Source: a virus (Duplodnaviria > Heunggongvirae > Uroviricota > Caudoviricetes). From it: DNA of 47,727 bases. Positions within the stretch are counted from its first letter, which is position 1. Each line of letters starts with the position of its first letter. Positions 46,297 to 47,727 of this stretch are shown here, one piece after another. Below the pieces are notes generated by a model, which saw nothing but the letters and a program-made list of their open reading frames with translations, was not told the origin of the DNA and did not search any database. The DNA lies in the IMG/VR virus record IMGVR_UViG_3300035501_000524, one strand, 5' to 3'. The translations under genes were made by a program, and so were the position numbers.

Positions 46297-47243
46297 TTTA
46301 TACTATACCCGAACTCTTTCGCTTTAAAATACTCTTGCCAATAATCTTCTCTACTATCTAATTTATCTCTGCTACATTCTTCAATGACTTCAAAAGAAAA
46401 ATTTTCTACTCCAGAAGCAAGCATTGCTGGATATAATTTATTGCGGGTTGGCGCTTCCGCCCCTAAACCTCGTTTGATATGCTGTTTAAATCTTTCAGCG
46501 ATATTGACCGCTTGTCCGACGTAACACATTTGATTTTCAAGATTTGTAATTTTATAGATTCCACAATGAACTCCAGATCCAACCACTCTTCCAATTAAAT
46601 CTGTATAAGGTTTTTCATAATAAACTTTATAAATAACTTTATTTAAAGGTTCTGCGTTTCTTAAATTAGGAATAATTTTTCTTAATTCTGCGATTTCTAA
46701 TTTATCTTGATCGGATAGAACAAGTCTATAAAAATCTTTTTTATTTTCCATTTCAACCGCTCGTTTATTTGCTTCAACTGCGGCATCCACTGTATTTTTC
46801 TCTTGTTTTAACCTATCTTGTAAATTTTTTAATTCAAATCGAGAACCTTTTAATTTAACTTCAAAACTCTCAGCAGCATCGCTTAACATCTTTAAATATT
46901 CTTTTTGATAATCATTTTGTATTTCTTTATAATACTTTTCAGTTTGAGAACGATATTCTTCTAACTGTTTTTTAGCATTATCTATTTCTGTATTATAATA
47001 ATCATGCGCAATTTGTTTAGCTTTCTCAGATTGTTGAGTTAAATATTCTAATATCCGAGCATTTTCTTCTGACATTTCAGTTTTTTTCGCTCGAAGTTCT
47101 TCTAAAGTATTGCGCTCTATTTCATTCTGGTTTTTTATTTCTTGGTTTAATTCTTCTGTTATTTTTATTTTAGACGATAAATTATAATAGGTTACCCCTA
47201 TACCTATTATTAAACCAATTAAAACCCCTATTACAATATACAT
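46293..47243 (-). CDS. Membrane-anchored coiled-coil protein with a C-terminal GIY-YIG nuclease domain
   Basis: TM segment IVIGVLIGLIIGIGVTYY; long coiled-coil; CGIYKITNLENQMCYVGQAVNIAERFKQH...REDYWQ. Confidence 0.8.
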   Translation of the reverse strand: MYIVIGVLIGLIIGIGVTYYNLSSKIKITEELNQEIKNQNEIERNTLEELRAKKTEMSEENARILEYLTQQSEKAKQIAHDYYNTEIDNAKKQLEEYRSQTEKYYKEIQNDYQKEYLKMLSDAAESFEVKLKGSRFELKNLQDRLKQEKNTVDAAVEANKRAVEMENKKDFYRLVLSDQDKLEIAELRKIIPNLRNAEPLNKVIYKVYYEKPYTDLIGRVVGSGVHCGIYKITNLENQMCYVGQAVNIAERFKQHIKRGLGAEAPTRNKLYPAMLASGVENFSFEVIEECSRDKLDSREDYWQEYFKAKEFGYSIK

Positions 47244-47245
47244 TT

Positions 47246-47274
47246 AAAAGAAAAGGGGTAGATAATTCTACCCC
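47246..47274 (-). terminator. Rho-independent terminator
   Basis: Stem GGGGTAGA/TCTACCCC followed by TTTTCTTTT on the - strand. Confidence 0.75.
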
Positions 47275-47299
47275 ATTATTTACTTTATTCGATTGTTAA

Positions 47300-47572
47300 T
47301 TATTCAGCAGTCTCTTCTGCATCAGGATCAAATGCAAGTCCTGTTGGGGTCAGAGATAAGAATTTAACTGCTTTATGGGTTCCATCTTCAAGCTCAACCT
47401 CTGCCGGAGTACGAACACCAAGACCTTTACGCTGAATAGCGGAAGTAAAGATACCATCTACGCTTCTTTTCTCAAGACCAAGTGCTGTAGCAACATCAGC
47501 TGCTGTAACCTGTGCTCCATTAACCTGTTTCAAATATTCAAGTACTTTCTTAGAATTCTCTTTCATTGCCAT
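47300..47572 (-). CDS. Small winged-helix DNA-binding protein
   Basis: KVLEYLK...TAADVATALGLEKRSVDGIF...KGL...LSLTPTG; strong promoter, AAGGAG RBS and own terminator. Confidence 0.75.
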   Translation of the reverse strand: MAMKENSKKVLEYLKQVNGAQVTAADVATALGLEKRSVDGIFTSAIQRKGLGVRTPAEVELEDGTHKAVKFLSLTPTGLAFDPDAEETAE

Positions 47573-47650
47573 AATTGTAATCTCCTTTTGATTAAAAATA
47601 TTTTTTTTTTTTGATAAGTTTTAAGCTTATTTCTTTTAGCTTATGTAAAT

Positions 47651-47679
47651 ATTATATCAAAAAATTTTTTATTTGTCAA
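47651..47679 (-). promoter_or_regulatory. Consensus sigma-A promoter (TTGACA-17-TATAAT, extended -10)
   Basis: Perfect boxes with 17-bp spacer and A-rich upstream sequence. Confidence 0.9.
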
Positions 47680-47727
47680 GAACTTTTTTAATAATTTTTT
47701 GAACCATTTCATCGACTATCATCATAT

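Noticed and set aside
1-47727. CRISPR arrays, tRNA/rRNA genes, integrase/IS elements, stop-codon recoding
   Set aside because: No regularly spaced repeats or tRNA cloverleafs were seen, no transposase or integrase motifs were recognised, and long ORFs read through normally under the standard code, with TAA and TGA ending supported genes

Overview
AT-rich segment of a large tailed dsDNA phage (or prophage), most likely infecting a gut Firmicute/Clostridia host (inferred from sigma-A promoters, strong RBSs, a DnaE-type polymerase, NrdDG and NrdR boxes). Bases 1-18603 (+ strand) hold a virion tail/host-interaction module: a 2.5k-aa protein with LamG-like, CotH-like kinase, InlB-B-repeat-like and BspA-type LRR regions, two BppU-like proteins, a 1407-aa tail fibre and a holin-like gene, followed by a terminator-bounded five-gene cassette of Q/M/N-rich, Cys-rich and BclA-CTD-like proteins of unknown function. 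Bases 18647-47727 (- strand) hold a replication, recombination and nucleotide-metabolism module (RuvC-like, dUTPase, NrdG/NrdD, guanylate kinase, DnaE, RecD-like, RecJ, primase, DnaB, Sak4-like ATPase, SSB-like, ThyX-like). Four group I introns, resolved here to the base, split dnaE (two), the primase and the thyX-like gene; two carry GIY-YIG homing endonucleases. Other notable signals are tandem NrdR boxes 31 bp apart before nrdD, a candidate phage-specific late-promoter motif, a membrane-anchored GIY-YIG nuclease, a ThyX-fold protein lacking the RHR motif and a candidate structured RNA. All family assignments are from motif recognition by eye; no searches were run.
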